From: Chiloscyllium plagiosum
Lineage: Eukaryota
DNA: 64,000 nt
Assembly: GCF_004010195.1 (NCBI RefSeq)
Contig: NC_057718.1
Span: 42,630,902-42,694,901 of the forward strand
Reading direction: 5' to 3'
Shown: piece by piece, positions 24,179 to 38,000 of the stretch
How the letters are laid out: the number at the start of each line of letters is the position of its first letter
How positions within the stretch are numbered: position 1 is the stretch's first letter
Made by a program: the position numbers and the translations under genes
Notes under the pieces: model-generated
Database searches by the model: none
What the model was told of the DNA's origin: nothing
Seen by the model: only the letters and a program-made list of their open reading frames with translations

Positions 24179-25050
24179 AGAAATATTATGTATCCATATT
24201 TAATTGTATTCATAAAAATAGACACTGAAATTGAACTGACACTTTTCAGCATTTTCATTGCATAAATAGAATTCATACGTGTGTCACAAGGACTGTATTT
24301 TTGCAATTCACAACCTTGATTCATTCACTCATTTACTGACTCCTTTGTTGTGGGGTTAGGTCAGCTCATTTTATACAGCAAAGACACATGTTGTATCCTC
24401 TTATCAATTATTTTTATGAACAGTATTAGGTCAAGTAGATGGCAAATGACAAACAACAAACTCATTAAGAACGAGTGCCATTTTAGCAGAATTTCTTTTC
24501 TAACCTCATCAGTATCTGAATAATGTTAAATGACATCAGTATTCTGCAGGACATTCTGGTTTGGTAAACATTGTAACCTCTGGCATAAGACACAAAATAG
24601 GCTTTGATGTCTGACAGTGCAACTTCTGCAGATAATTGTTTAAGACAGCAATGCAGCAGCGTATCAGTTAAGACACTTGCCTCATAACCCATTAACCCAA
24701 GTTTGAGTCTATTGTCAATTGATGCCTCAGACCACAGTTCTGTAGTGATGAGCAGCTTTTATATAATTCTGAAAATATTTCTGTTTGGGACTATGTTTTA
24801 CACTAGAATATCTAGCTAGGAGATAATATGACAAGTGATAATTTCTTCTCTCTTAGAAACTGACTTGCTCGTGCAAAATAGCCCTCCACTTATACCCCAT
24901 TTACCACTAAGTTGACAGCAGCCTGTTCCCAGTCCTGTGCCTTTAACTGATAATAATAACTCATACTGGGATGATGTCAAATAAATTAATTTCACATCCC
25001 CCAGAAGCCATTGCTGAAGCTCTGCAATGCCCTGGTCAGTCTAAAATGAA

Positions 25051-25254
25051 TTAAAGCAAAATACTACAAATGCTGGAAATCTGAAATATACACAGGAACA
25101 CTGGAAAACAAAGCAGGTCTGGCAACATTCACGGAGAGGGAAATCATGTTAACATTTCAAATACAATATAGCTTAACTGAAGAAGAGCCTCACTGGACTC
25201 AAAATGTTAACTGTTTCTTTCTCCACTGATGCTGCTAGACTTGCTGAGTTTCAC
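25051..25254. mobile_element. Palindromic mini-PLE insertion (older family) with hammerhead-like core; 14-bp TSD
   Basis: Degenerate inverted arms. Core ctgaagaagagcctcactggactcaaaatgtta at 25177-25209. TSD cagtctaaaatgaa at 25037-25050 and 25255-25268. Confidence 0.75.
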
Positions 25255-26012
25255 CAGTCTAAAATGAAAACTGAATTAACCCCTAAAAGTTAATTATGTA
25301 GCCAGTGCTCAATATTTAGTTATAAGGAATAAGTTTATAATATGCTCAGCATCCTTAGCTTTGAAAAGTGACATCATAAAAGGTGATAAATCATCACACT
25401 TATACACTTATCAAAGTGTATAAAATAAACTAGATGAAGATAGTCAACTAAAATATTTCCACCTATAGATGTATACTAATGCAGCAAAAAAAGATAACAT
25501 AATTTGAACTAAGACAATGTACTCTTTTGGTATTCCAAAATAATGGAATAAAATGTGTTGAAGAATTCTGAGATCATTTTGTTGAAGAGTGAACTACCCC
25601 ATTCATTCGTCTTCTGTCCCAATGAAAAGTGCTTACTGCTCATGATGCATTCAAAATCTGTCATGTGGGTTAGGAGTTTAAATTGGAAAATATAAAGATT
25701 TTATTTTTCTTTTAAAATGGATAGTATAGAATCTTTGTAACAGAAGCTTTATTCATTGAAAGCATATGCACGAGGCAATTGTGGGGCAAGGATCACACCC
25801 ACGTGATATCTTTCTGCACACCGTATAATAATGTGAAATTACAAAATGAAGGAAATGCATTTGCCAGAAGTCAAATCGAAAAGGAATACATAGAATAGTA
25901 TTTGGTAGATCAGAGTAGTTTTAAAATAGTATTAGTTCTGCTATTTCTCCTTTGTGTCCTGCATTCAGACTGTTGGAATGAATGTCTCTTTCACTGCCAG
26001 CTCATCTTGTGG

Positions 26013-26335
26013 TAGATTAGATTCGATTACTTACAGTGTGGAAACAGGCCCTTCGGCCCAACAAGTCCACACCGACCTGCCGAAGCGCAATCCACCCAGA
26101 CCCATTCCCCTACATTTACCCCTTCACCTAACACTACTGGCAATTTAGCATAGCTAATTCACCTAACCTGCACATTTTTGGACTGTGGGAGGCAAACGGA
26201 GCACCTGGAAGAAACCCACGCAGACACTGGGAGAATGTGCAAACTGCACACAGAGAGTCGCCTGAGGCAGGAATTGAACCCGGGTTTCTGGCGCTGTGAG
26301 GCAGCAGTGCTAACCACTGTGCCACCGTGTCACCC
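26013..26335 (-). mobile_element. HE1-type SINE, well preserved
   Basis: Head ggtggcacagtggttagcactgctgcctcacagcgcc...gggttcaattcc, CR1-like 3' tail, and (tctaa)n end. Confidence 0.92.
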
Positions 26336-27489
26336 ACTTTTTTTTCTTTAACATTGTCCCATTCCCTCCTCATTTTTTTTTATAAAAAGCAAGTGACCCT
26401 CAAAATCCTTACCATATTCACCAAAATTACTTTTCAAAGGAAAACCTCCACTGTTTGTTCAGCATGCCCTAAGTAAAGGATAGCAATTCACATTGTGACA
26501 TGAAACTTAAGAACAGGCCATTCAGCCATGCAACCCCACTCCCTCTCTGCCCTATAATGCTTCTCTTTTTATATTAAATTAAAAGGACTTTATTTGAACT
26601 TGCCTATACTTTTTGCTGAGCTGCTGCTATCTGACGCCTTTCAATCCAATGAAATACTACTTACTCTCCTACCAACTGCATTTTCTCTACTCCTCCACAT
26701 TTACTTTTAGTTAGAAAAGTAGGGAGACACTACAGTGATGTAATGTTTGTGCCTTACACACTCCTTGACACCAAGCCCATGATAACCTGCTCTCCAGGGC
26801 AAGTGAAATGTACTTGTATTTCTTGTTAATGTTATAACCAAGGTTGGAGGAGTGTGCTGGCATTCCTAGTCCCACCATTCTTTGGTGACAACACCAATTT
26901 AAATGCTTTACCCTGGTACAGTTTGTCCAATTTTATACTTTGTTTAGAATAAAACAAATCATCAAGTTTCTAAAATTAATAATTATGTTGCTTATTAATT
27001 ATAAAACAATACTCATTTGACATACATGAAAATCAGAATGATACATAATTTGTAATGTAAAAGTATAATTATTTATCTTTTGAAATAACACCAACACCAG
27101 GAAAAACAGAAATGGGGTAAAAACAAGTTTTTTTTCTGCAGAGATGAAGTCTGGGGGAAAGAAATTGATAAATAATTGTTGGTTCTTGTATGAAAAAGGG
27201 ATAGATACGAAACGTTAAAAATGGCATTTAGCCAGTGACCTGGCACACACAGATGGGTGTCAGTAAATGCAGGAAGCTGTCTCTGGGCCCTGGATACATT
27301 TAGTTCAGGAAACACCGAGAAAAACTCTTTCAGAAGCTTTTCAAGAGAACAGCTGGATTTGTGTTATCAGACTGAACCCTCAAAAGTCCTTTCTCAGAAA
27401 CACAGAAGGTATGTTTGGCTATCTTCACTCTCAGCAGGCTGTACTCCAACAGATCTCAAACAATATCCAAATCAAAATCTAACTCCTAA

Positions 27490-28350
27490 CAGCCACAAAA
27501 ACAGAAATTACTCGAAAAGCTTAGCAGTTCAGACAGCATTTGTGGAGAAAAATCGGAGGTAACATTTCCGGTCAAATGAATCTTTCTCAGAACTGCTGGT
27601 AGCTAGGAAAATGTTGGTTTATATGCAGGTTGGGGGGACGGAGTAGGGAGTAATTGATAGATGGGGATAGAGCCCAAAGAGTGGACTGAGAAAGGTGTGG
27701 GTAATGATCTGGCCAGGAGGATAAATAACTGTCAGTGAGGACTGTTGGTGGCTAACAATCGATTGTGTGTAAAAGCAGACCATGTGATAACAAGGATATG
27801 GGTGGCACAGTAGCTCAGTGGTTAGCACTGCTGCCTCACAGCACCTGGGACCCGGGTTCAATTCTGTTCTCGGGCCACTGTCTGTGTGGAGTTTGCACGT
27901 TCTCCCCGTATCTGCGTGGGTTCTTCCGGGTGCTCCGGTTTCCTCCCACAATCCAAAGATGTGCGGATCAGGTGAATTGGTCATGCTATATTGCCCATAG
28001 TGTTGGGTGCATTAGTCAGGGGTAAAAATAGGGGAATGGGTCTGGGTGGGTTACTGTTCGGAGGGTTGGTGTGGACTTGTTGGGATGAAAGGCCTGTTTC
28101 TATACTATATGGAATCTAATCTAATCTAATCTAAGGCCTAAAGTATGGGGATTGGGGTAAGGACATGGGAGAGCTCAAACCTTAATTTTATTGGACTTGG
28201 CTGTAAGGTGAGTATCTGTGTTGAAGTGGCAGGCAACTGGAAGCTCAGGGTCTTTTTTGTAGACAGAATGTAGCTATTCTGCAAAGCGGTCACCCAATCT
28301 GCACTTTGTTTCCCCAGTGTAGAAGAGACCACATTGTGAGCAGCCATATA
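27490..28350 (-). mobile_element. Old PLE 3' fragment interrupted by an HE1 SINE
   Basis: Minus strand ~28270-28345 encodes CSQCGLFYTGETKCRLGDRFAE (GIY-YIG). pLTR with a degenerate hammerhead-like core at 27560-27590. Confidence 0.7.
27800..28134 (+). mobile_element. HE1-type SINE
   Basis: tRNA-like head, core gtggagtttgcacgttctccccg, and a (ctaat)n tail. Confidence 0.92.
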
Positions 28351-28391
28351 CCCAGCCAAGTAATATTCAGCAAATAGGTTCAGGGAATAGG

Positions 28392-28716
28392 CAGGACAAT
28401 GGCTCATTGGTTGGCAGTGCTGCCTCACAACATCAGGTTCCCAGGTTCGATTCCAGCCTTAGGTGACTGTGTGGAATTTGCACATTCTTCCTGTGTCTGT
28501 GTGGGTTTCTTCTGCATGCTCCAGTTTCCTCCCACAATCCAAAGATACACAGGTTAGATGGATTGCGCTGTAGTGTCCAGGGATATATAGGTTATTTAGG
28601 TTTGCCATGGTAAAAATGGGGATGAGGTGGGTCTGGGTGAGATGCTGTTTAGAGGGTCAGTGCGAACTCAATGTGACAAATGGGCTCGCAGTGCACTGTA
28701 GGGATTCTTTGATTCT
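28392..28716 (+). mobile_element. HE1-type SINE (older copy)
   Basis: Box B ggttcgattcc and core homologous to 27800-28134. Confidence 0.82.
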
Positions 28717-28924
28717 AAGATGATAATTATCTTAAGCCATGTGACTCCCATAAAGTGTCTTGGGGGAAGAAAAGGTCAAAATGTATCTTTTTTAATGACC
28801 CCTTTTCTGAAAAAAAGACTAAGTACCTCTTCACTCTTCCTAAATGAGCTGGTTCACAACCCTTTTAAGACAAGTCTGAAAAGAAAATGAAGCATCTTCA
28901 TAAGAACTAGTAACCCAGGGATCT

Positions 28925-29270
28925 GAAATAATAATCCAGAGGTCATGAATTTGAATACTATCAAGGTCATTTGAACATTTGTGTTAAATATTTGGAAATT
29001 TCAGAAAATTATATCTGTAAAAGTGATTATCAAAGCTCAGCTTGGCTTACTAACATTACTTAGTAAATGAAACCTGCCATCCTTTCCAGTCTGGCTTATA
29101 TGTACCTGCAGTCCCAAACTGCATGGTCAATGTTCTAACGACTTATGTGTCTACGAAAGCCACTCAGTCATAGCACGCCAATGATTTGAAGGACCCATTA
29201 CTACGTTCTCAGGGCAGCTACGGATCAGCAATAAATACTGGCCTTGAAAATGACACCACATGCTTAGACC
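28925..29270 (+). mobile_element. Ancient DeuSINE-like (SacSINE1-type) relic
   Basis: aaacctgccatcctt.ccagtctggcttatatgt resembles the recalled Deu core. The 3' tail cagcaataaatactggccttg is shared with the LINE at 53690-54170. Confidence 0.5.
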
Positions 29271-30712
29271 ATAATTTTTAAAATCTTAAACAAGTTCCAA
29301 GTAGACCAAATTCCACTAAACAAAAAATGTCAATTACTGCACTAAATTGGCACTCTGTGTTACAAACCTGGTCCACAAAATTCGTGGACACTGCAAGTAA
29401 AAATGTTCCACCATGCAGAAGAACACATTTCTCAAAAATTAACATTTGTTTAAAATTCTTCTGCCTATTTCTAATAAAAGCTTAAGAACTTTTAGGACAA
29501 AAAAAATCTCACTTCACTGTACACAGTATGCAGAGAAATCTTTCTCAATTTTACTTCAAATTAGTAGTAACTTCATTGTCAACCTACCTCTGAAGCAGTC
29601 AGTCCTGGTTCTAAGCCGAGTGAAAAAATGTTCCCTTTCCATTTATTAATATACTCCACCTGATTAACCATAGTAAATTAATCTGACAGAGGTAGTAGAG
29701 GTGATCTGTAATCTGAAGGGTACAGACATGCATGTACCATCATATTTGTCACTTAGATTTGGAGAAACTGCAGTGATAGTATTTACTGTTCATATCAATT
29801 TTTTTATCTCCTCATTTTGTTTTCCTTACCAGTATTTTAGCTATTTCCTCTAAAAATTGACTAGTCAATTTTAAGTTATTGAAAGAAAATCTTATTAATC
29901 ATTGTTAGCAAGAATGAAATCAGTTTATAACCATGTTAAAAACATGGAGCAATTTCATTCTTATCAACAATACCAATACGCCACGACTTCCATTAGTATT
30001 AAAACAGCCCTTTAGCCGTCTGTGGTAAGAATACTACACATTGTTCAGCTTCAATAGACAATGCATGAAGTTCACCATGGTAGGTGGACTGGATATGTTT
30101 CATAAACCAGTTAAGGTTTATTAGAGCAAATCATCTAAGCTCACCCAAAATTTGTAAAATGGAGGGGAAAGATAAAAATGTGATTTCCCAATGGTGGTTT
30201 AAGATTTTACTATTAAGTTCTCAGAACCTTTCTGGTAGATCAGCTTTCCTGACCTTCACTACTTTTGCATTCATTAGGCTGCCATGAATACTCATTAACA
30301 TCCCAGCCTGTCTCAAATAGATTCACAGGCAATTTGTTTACCAAAAGTAGAAAACAGATGTGTTCATAAGCTCAACTATGTCTAGTGGGGTAGTGTTCTT
30401 CACCAAGTCCCATGAGTACAAATCCCTTCCATTACTTGGCTCCTTCATAACCAAGTCATTTATTTGTAGAAATATTTATAATATAAATTGTGAAGCTTGA
30501 CCAAGTCAACCAGTTCATGAGGAGTTTCAGTCATATAAGGTCTTGCTTGTTGTAATTAAATGCTTACAGTAGAAGAGATGAAGCCTCTCTCTGTTAACAG
30601 ATTGTGAGAAATGCTTTGTCTTGTATGTATTAATTAAACACTCATGGTGCAAGAGGTAAAGGGCTGACCAGGCTCACTAACCTACACAAGCAAATATTTG
30701 CCCTCCTGCACC

Positions 30713-30975
30713 AATGGGTATTTCCAGGAGGCATGACTGATGACCCAGGTACAAAATCGTCAGGCAGACATTGAACAATTTTACAATGTTTGCTGGCCAT
30801 CCCCTAAGGTCATCATCAAACAAGCAACTGATCTTCTGGTGACAGACTTCTGTTGCCTGGAGCACTCGGGAGGAACACTCCACTAATTGTAGAACAGGGT
30901 CGATGTGTAGGGTCATCAATATGGAGTTATCCAAGGTTTCCTACACCCTGTACAACCTAGCTCTTGGACAAGGAA
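30713..30975 (+). pseudogene. PIF/Harbinger transposase C-terminal relic
   Basis: Translation NGYFQEA*LMTQVQNRQADIEQFYN...KVIIKQATDLLVTDFCCLEHSGGTLH*...TLYNLAL matches the Harbinger/HARBI1 pattern GY..WLMTP..E..YN..R..IE...G.LK.RF.CL..SGG.LQY..LHN. Confidence 0.72.
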
Positions 30976-31294
30976 GGGAGGGAGTCTGAAATAGATGTTG
31001 AGGTTCCAAAATTGATTGAGGATGCTGAGGCAGGAAGGGCCATTGTGAATTGAAGCAGACTGCCCTGAGAGAACTTGATAGGGGTTAAATTTGAGTTTGT
31101 ATTGACAAACGAAGATATTCAGAATTATGAGCTACTCGTTGCAATGGCATACCTGTCCTCAAGGCAGTCCTTGATTTTTAACTTTAAAACATTAAGCTAC
31201 TTTGTTTGGCATAAGTTTTAACTGTTCCCTTTGCACCAATGACCAACCTCCCACTCACTTTTTTAGCTAGACCATCAATATGGAGTTATCCAAG

Positions 31295-33180
31295 ATTACA
31301 TGGAACTGTACATAAAAATCAAAAGAGAAAAGATATAATTTTGCGAAGGACAATGGGAAACCAGAGGATTGGTAAGCTTACAAAGACCAACAGAGGGCAA
31401 CAAATAAAGAAATAAGGAGGGAAAGGTTAAGTATGAAGTCAGCCAGCCAGTAATATAAAAGAAGATTGTAAGAGTTTATTTCGATATATAAAGGTTAAAA
31501 GTGGGCATTGGACTGCTGGAAATGATGCTCTAAAGATAGTGGGTAATGAGGAAATGGCTGAGAAACTGAATAATTACCTTGCATCAGTCTTCATGGTGGA
31601 AGACACGAATAATATCCCAAAAATTCAAGAGAGTGAGGGGGCAGAGCAGATTATTGTGGCCATCACCAAGGAGAAGGAGCTAGAAAAACGAATGGCCTGA
31701 AGATGGATAACTCATTGGACCAAATGGACTCCACCCCAGAGTTCTAAGGGAGATAGCTAAAGAGATATTGGAGATGTTAGTGGTAATCATTCAGGAATCA
31801 CAAGAGACAGGAAGGGTCTCAGAGGACTAGAAAATCACTAATGTGACACCCATGTTTAAAATGGTAGTAAGGCAAAAAAATGGAAAATTACAGCCAGTTA
31901 GCCTGACTCCAGTCGTGGGTAAGATCCTATAATCCATTCTGAAGGATGAGATTTCTGAATATTGGAAGTGTATGGTAAATAGGGCAAAGTCAGCATGGTT
32001 TCATCAAGGGGAGGTCATGCCTGATGAATCTGGTAGAATACTTTGAGGAAGTAATGAGCAGATTAGACCAAGGAGAGCCAATGGACCTTATTTACCTGGA
32101 CTTCAAGAAGGCCTTTGACTAGGTACTGCTTTGGACGCTGCTTTAAGATAAGGTGTTCGAGGCAAGGTGTTGGCAGAAAGCAGACAGTGGGAATAAAAGT
32201 GTCTTTCTCAGGATGGTAGCTGGTGACAGGTGGTGATCAAGGCTGTGTTGGGATCACTACTTCACTTTATACATTAACAGTCTCGATGAAAGAACTGAGG
32301 ACATGCTGGCTAAGTTTGCAGATGATACAAGGATAGGTAGAGGGACAGGTAGCATTGAGGAGGCAGAGAGGCTTCAAAAGGATTTGGACAGGGTAGGAGA
32401 ATGTGCAAAGAAGTGGCAGATGGAGTACAAGGTGGGAAAACATGAGGTCATGCACTTTGATAGGGAGAATAAAGACATGGACAATTTTCGAAATGGGGAG
32501 AAAATTCAGAAGTCTGAAATGCAAAGAGACTTGGGAGTTCTAGTCCAGAATTTTGTCAAGGTAAACTTGCAGGTTGAGTCAGTAATTAGGAAAGCAAATG
32601 CAATTATTGCATTTATTTTGAGAGGATATAAAAGTAGGGATGTACTTCTGAGGCTCTATAAGACTCAGGTCAGACCATATTTGGAATATTCTGCACAGTT
32701 TTGGGCCCAATATCTCTGAGGAGGTTCATGAGAATGGTCCCAGGAATGAAAAACTTAATATATGAGGAACGTTTGAGGACTCTGGATCTTTAATCGATGG
32801 CGTTTAGAAGGATGGTTGGGAGGGGGGATCTAATTGAAACTTAGATCTCTAATACTGAATGGCCTGGTCAAAGTGGATGTTGGGGAGATGGTTCCAGCGG
32901 TAGGAGAGATGAGGACCCGAGGGGACAGACCTGGAGTAATGGGAAGCCCTTTTAGAATGGAGATAAGGAAGAACTTCTTCAGCCAGAGAGTGGTGAATCT
33001 AAGGAATTTACTGCCACAGAAGGCTGTGGAGGCCAGATCATTGAATATACTTAAGACTGAGGTAGATGGGTTCTTGTTTGTCAAGGGGATCAAAGGTAAT
33101 GGGGAGAAAGTGGGAGAATAAGCAAACTTGATGGGCTGAATGTCCTGATTTCTGCTTCTATGTCTTTCGGTTTTATGGTA
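31295..33180 (+). mobile_element. CR1 LINE, 5'-truncated
   Basis: KFADDTRIG...LQKDLDR...VRPYLEY (32303-32719), FFSQRVV, and a CR1 3' tail. Confidence 0.92.
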
Positions 33181-34314
33181 TTCATTTATCACAGAGATGT
33201 AGAGGGAATAAACCATGCTTATTGACTCGTGAAATCCAACCATCTAACTTCAGTTAGCTGGGAGAAAGGCATAATCATTATTTGCTTGACTCAGATAGGC
33301 AAGATTAGAAATCAGGGAAAGCACAGGAAAGTTTTAACTTGTTGATGCTAGCAGTTGGTGAAAAACTGAAGTTGTGCCTGTAAATAACTACTTGAGTGTA
33401 GTTTTCAGAGTCCGAGAGAGTCTGGATCAAGAACAAGAGGGTGTTGGACTTGAACAGGAGCAGTTGTTCACGCAGTCCTTGTCAGACAGGCTCTTGAGAG
33501 GGTATTTCAAGCCATATCAACAAAACTGAAGAATTATAATCCCTTGTGAAATTTGAGATTTAATAACTCACTGTGGAATTAATGTTAGGGATGGGGCTTT
33601 TGAAAAATCCATGGGATTTCTCAGGTATATCTCAGGTGTTCCATGAGATGTCCAGTCGCAGTATATCACCCTTGTTTGTTACATGTTAATTCTTGGTGCT
33701 AGAAATAAGTTTTACGTGTGTTAGAGATTATGCTACAGTTCTAACTTGTGTTATAAAGTGTTGTTTTTCATTCAAAATTATGGAATATTATGGCTTTATT
33801 CTCTTAGCCTACTGGATTTCAATGTATGTCACTTTAATAATAAAATGTTGCTGGTCCCTAACTATATCATTAAATAATTTGGTGGTCTTATCCAGGATCA
33901 CAGCATAAATTCGGCAGTCTGGCCAGATTACAGTATATTTCATATTCAGTAACATGTTGGAATGACATTCCAGCACATCTTTCAAATGAGACTTCTACTG
34001 AAATAAATGAGTGCCCTAATAGAAGTTCATGGTCTAGTAAACAAGTTTGTTTCACAGCACTCAAAATGAAAGTTTTCAGTTGTAACATTTTTAAAAATAA
34101 ATTGCAGCTCAGAAAGCTGCTTATAAGGCTCAGGCAATCAGCTGTCCTTTCTACATTCGCATTCAAGTTGAATGTTTAATCCAATATCCAAAGTAAGAGA
34201 TAAACGTTTACTTTGACTTGAATTTTGGGAAAAAATATATTTGAATGCAGCACATTACAGTGAGTTGAATTACAAAATCTCTTAATTTTGTGTCGGTTGG
34301 CATTAATATACAGT

Positions 34315-35040
34315 ACAGAATCACCCATTCAGCCCAGCCAGTCCATACAGGCATTTTTGTTTCATATGTGCCTTCTCCTGCCTCACCTCAGCTAAATCTA
34401 TTAGCTGTCCTAAGTGCCTCCATATTGAACACTTCAGCCATTCCCTGTGCTAGAGAACTCCCTATTCTCCTTACTGTTCAGGTAAAGATATTTCTTCTGA
34501 ATTCCTTACTAAATCTTTGACTGTTTCATATCAATGGCCACTTATTATGCTGTTACCCATAATTTGAAGCATTCTCCCTGTATCCACTCTATCAAAACCA
34601 TTTGTAATTTTAAACACGTCCATTAGGTCACCCCCCTCATCCTTTTTGCCAAAAAAAAAGAAATCAGGTCTATGCATCCTTTCCGATACATATAACCTCA
34701 TATATCCTGCAGCATTCTTGTAAATCTTCTCTACCCTTTTTCCAATGCCTGTGCACCCATTTTAAAATATGGCAACTAGAAATGCAACCAGTATTTCAAG
34801 TGGTGTCCAACCCATGTTTCAACACCAGTTTGGTATTATTTGCTTACGTTTCAGTTCTATCTCTCGAGAACTAAGCCTTGTTTGGTTTTCTTATCAAACT
34901 GTAGTGCAATTTTTAGTGATTAGTATCTTTTTACTTCAGGATCTCTTTGTCTACCTCAAGTAGACTCACACTGAACAAGTAATAAATTGCTTCTGAATTC
35001 TTCTTAAAAAAAATGTATTACCTCCCATTTATCAATGTCA
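34315..35040 (-). mobile_element. Old CR1 3' fragment
   Basis: Degenerate CR1 tail (ccattcagccc) and ggtgacctaat...gatagagtggata segments. Confidence 0.6.
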
Positions 35041-38000
35041 TTTGCTAATTATTCCTCTATTCTGCAAGTTTATTAATGTCATCCTGCAATTTGTTGCCAT
35101 CTTTCTCAGTATTGGCAAGCCCCTCCCACCCCCTACCCACTATAATTTGATGCCATCCACAAATTTAAAATTTATTATTTCGAATCCAATCCAGATTCTT
35201 GTGATATGTCATTATCTAACTTTTGTATTGTGACCAGTTACCTTTTGGCTCCACATTCAGTAGAATGTTTAGTGGAGAAAAAACATGGAATAAGCACGTA
35301 ATTGCACTGTGGTAACAGCGAATCCATTGCATACGTTTTCTGAGAAAGTACATGGGCGAGCTATAGATTACAAAAGGAATCCGCCATAGTATAAGAAACA
35401 GTAAAGGCTGTACCAAAAAAGTAATAACTGTGAAGACTTCCATTATGAAAATCTGCTCGTTCAATGGAAATTACAAGGTTGCCATTTAATTCTAAAGTGT
35501 TGTCATGGATTGTATATGCCAAAACCTGAACAATAAAAAGAGATCACTAAAATATACTTTAAAAATATTTTGCTTGCGCCGTAACAAAAATCATGGTTCT
35601 GTTCTTTATTGAAAATACAATATATTTTTGTACCTGGAAATAATTTATGTAGAAATGAATTTATGAGACAAATTTTAATTTACAGATACAATGATAAATT
35701 GATCATGGAGATTGATGAGGAAATCATCTCACACAGTAATGAAAGCAGATAAATGATTTCAGCATGAAAAACATTTACTGGAGCCTGGACAATTGATCTC
35801 CTTTGATATATGTGAAGTTGTGCGAATTTATAAGTGGTTAAAAATCAGTTTCATTTGGAATATAAACAATAGTTTACTTAATTAAATGTATTAATGAATT
35901 TTAGATATTCTAATTGAACTGTGTTTCTACACTAATTAACCACGAGGACAGACAGTTTGCAAAGTTTTTTTTACTAACTTTCGAGGGCTACAAATCTAAA
36001 AGAAGTTTGTGATTATTATCTTGAAATAAATGTTCATTATTGTTCATTCCAAATATTATACGATGATGCATACGTACCTACATTAAGATTTCATTAAATA
36101 TCAGTTTTGCCCTTTGAGCTACTAATTATGTGAAGGAAATTATTCAAGTATAATATAATTTTTTTGTAATGTAAATCTTGTTTTATTTCAATGATGCAAC
36201 AGAGTACCTTTTCCCACAGTGATTTCCCAATATGACTTTCCTTTCTCCCAGAATACACAATGAGTTCATCAGTACAACCTCATGTCAAGAGCATAAAGAA
36301 ATATGACATGTAGATTGCCTCATTATCCATCAACCGAGTTATCCTTTACAGTCACGCCACAGTGAAATCTCATCATATTTATAATAAGAAATGTTAAATG
36401 ATATTAAATACAAATACAAAATACCATAACTTGCTCAATCTACACATTCTCCATAAATGTTGAAAAAGTAAGATGACTGCTGATTTTGTCCAAGACTGCT
36501 AACAATGCTGTACTCTAATCTACCAACTGAATAAATATTTCAGTCTGTGTATCTATTCAGTATTTTGTTTTGTGCAGTAGATTACAGTGCACATTTTCCC
36601 TCTCCCTTTCCATTTTCAACATGCACATACACAAAACACAGCTAATTAGCACTTGGTTTGGAAATTGACTGAGTCATGCAACTCTGAATAATGGCCAACC
36701 CACTTTAGGGAGACTGATTTGCAGCATTTCTTATCTTAATATTCTGGATGCAGGCAAATTTATAACTGTATTGTCAACATAAAAAGCAACAAACTTATTT
36801 TGCTGTCTTTATATTTAAAGGGCATAATAATCACCTCGAAACATGAATCTGAAATAAGCTCATAAAGTCCTGATGAAACTCAATTATGATTTCCTCTCCA
36901 CTATATGATAAAAGAAGCAGTCATGCTTCCCTTTTCATTGAAATTTATTGTTCCTCACAGTGTTGAGATGGTTAACTCACACAAGAGCACTCCTGATTCC
37001 CAGTATATTATTTCTATCATGGAATATCTTCAGCTTGTCCTATTGCATATTAATTCTGGAGGGAAAAAAAATCAGTGCTAAAGTATTTGATTATATATGG
37101 AAACCATTTTTTATTTACTAAAGTAAACATGGCAAAAGCTAGCTCATCCTAGAATATTAATTCATTTTCTACACTTCATATAGATGTATTTATCTCAAAG
37201 TGTGGCATCATGAAATTTGTCTCTATACACATTTGCACAACTCTAAGCCGATCCTTATCCCACCCACTACAATAGTATTGAAATGCTCTAAAAATAGGTT
37301 TGTAGTTTGACTGACTCCAGTTGTTGATACTATTTCAGTCAACTTTTCTTTTCTCTTCTCATCATTCCACCTCCTCTCCATAGTTTTTAAGTAAAATTGT
37401 CATTCACTGGCCATATTCATGGTTAGCCAGCAAAAAGAGGCACTCTTTAATATTTGGTTTGAATTACTATATCTATTTTTATATTCATACTGATAATCTT
37501 ATAGGTCACAAAACATTTGTATACAGTTATTCAGTGAGAAATGTAATGCTTTACTGTCATCTAAAAATGAAATGAGCCATGAATGATGGATTAAGAAAAT
37601 AATTTCTATTTTTATGAATTTAGATTAGAAATAATTTAGCCAAGCGAAATAGTACACCCACTTCGATTGGACAGTAGTTACAGGCAAGATGCTGGCATTT
37701 ATTAGACTAATATACCTATATAGTACAAGCTAGTATTTAAAACTTGACATGGCTGAGAGAAATAAAAACTATTTTACATCCCCAAAAGGCAATTGATCAC
37801 ACGTTTTATAGTCATTTATGTAACTGCAGCAGTACTTGCAATTATATTAATGGTGTGATGTGATACAGCCGTAAGTATGCTCAACAGTAAATGTATTTCA
37901 TGTATTGTCAGAAAAGTAATTTAATGGTTATATTTATGAAAGTGAATGCTAACGTGGAATAAAGTCAAGAATATGGGAGGTAAATTGAACAATTTCCAGA

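Noticed and set aside
26270..26335. tRNA gene
   Set aside because: It is the tRNA-derived head of an HE1-type SINE, with no complete cloverleaf.
27250..27415. Overlapping ORFs ending near aag|gtatgt
   Set aside because: No convincing acceptor or recognisable protein; the ORF extensions run into a PLE terminus.
33200..33905. Possible solo-LTR relic ending ...ggatcacagca
   Set aside because: No matching start, TG...CA pair or TSD could be defined.
35242..35524. Minus-strand exon-like segment and hydrophobic ORF 35216-35464
   Set aside because: No frame stays open from acceptor to donor; no recognisable homology.
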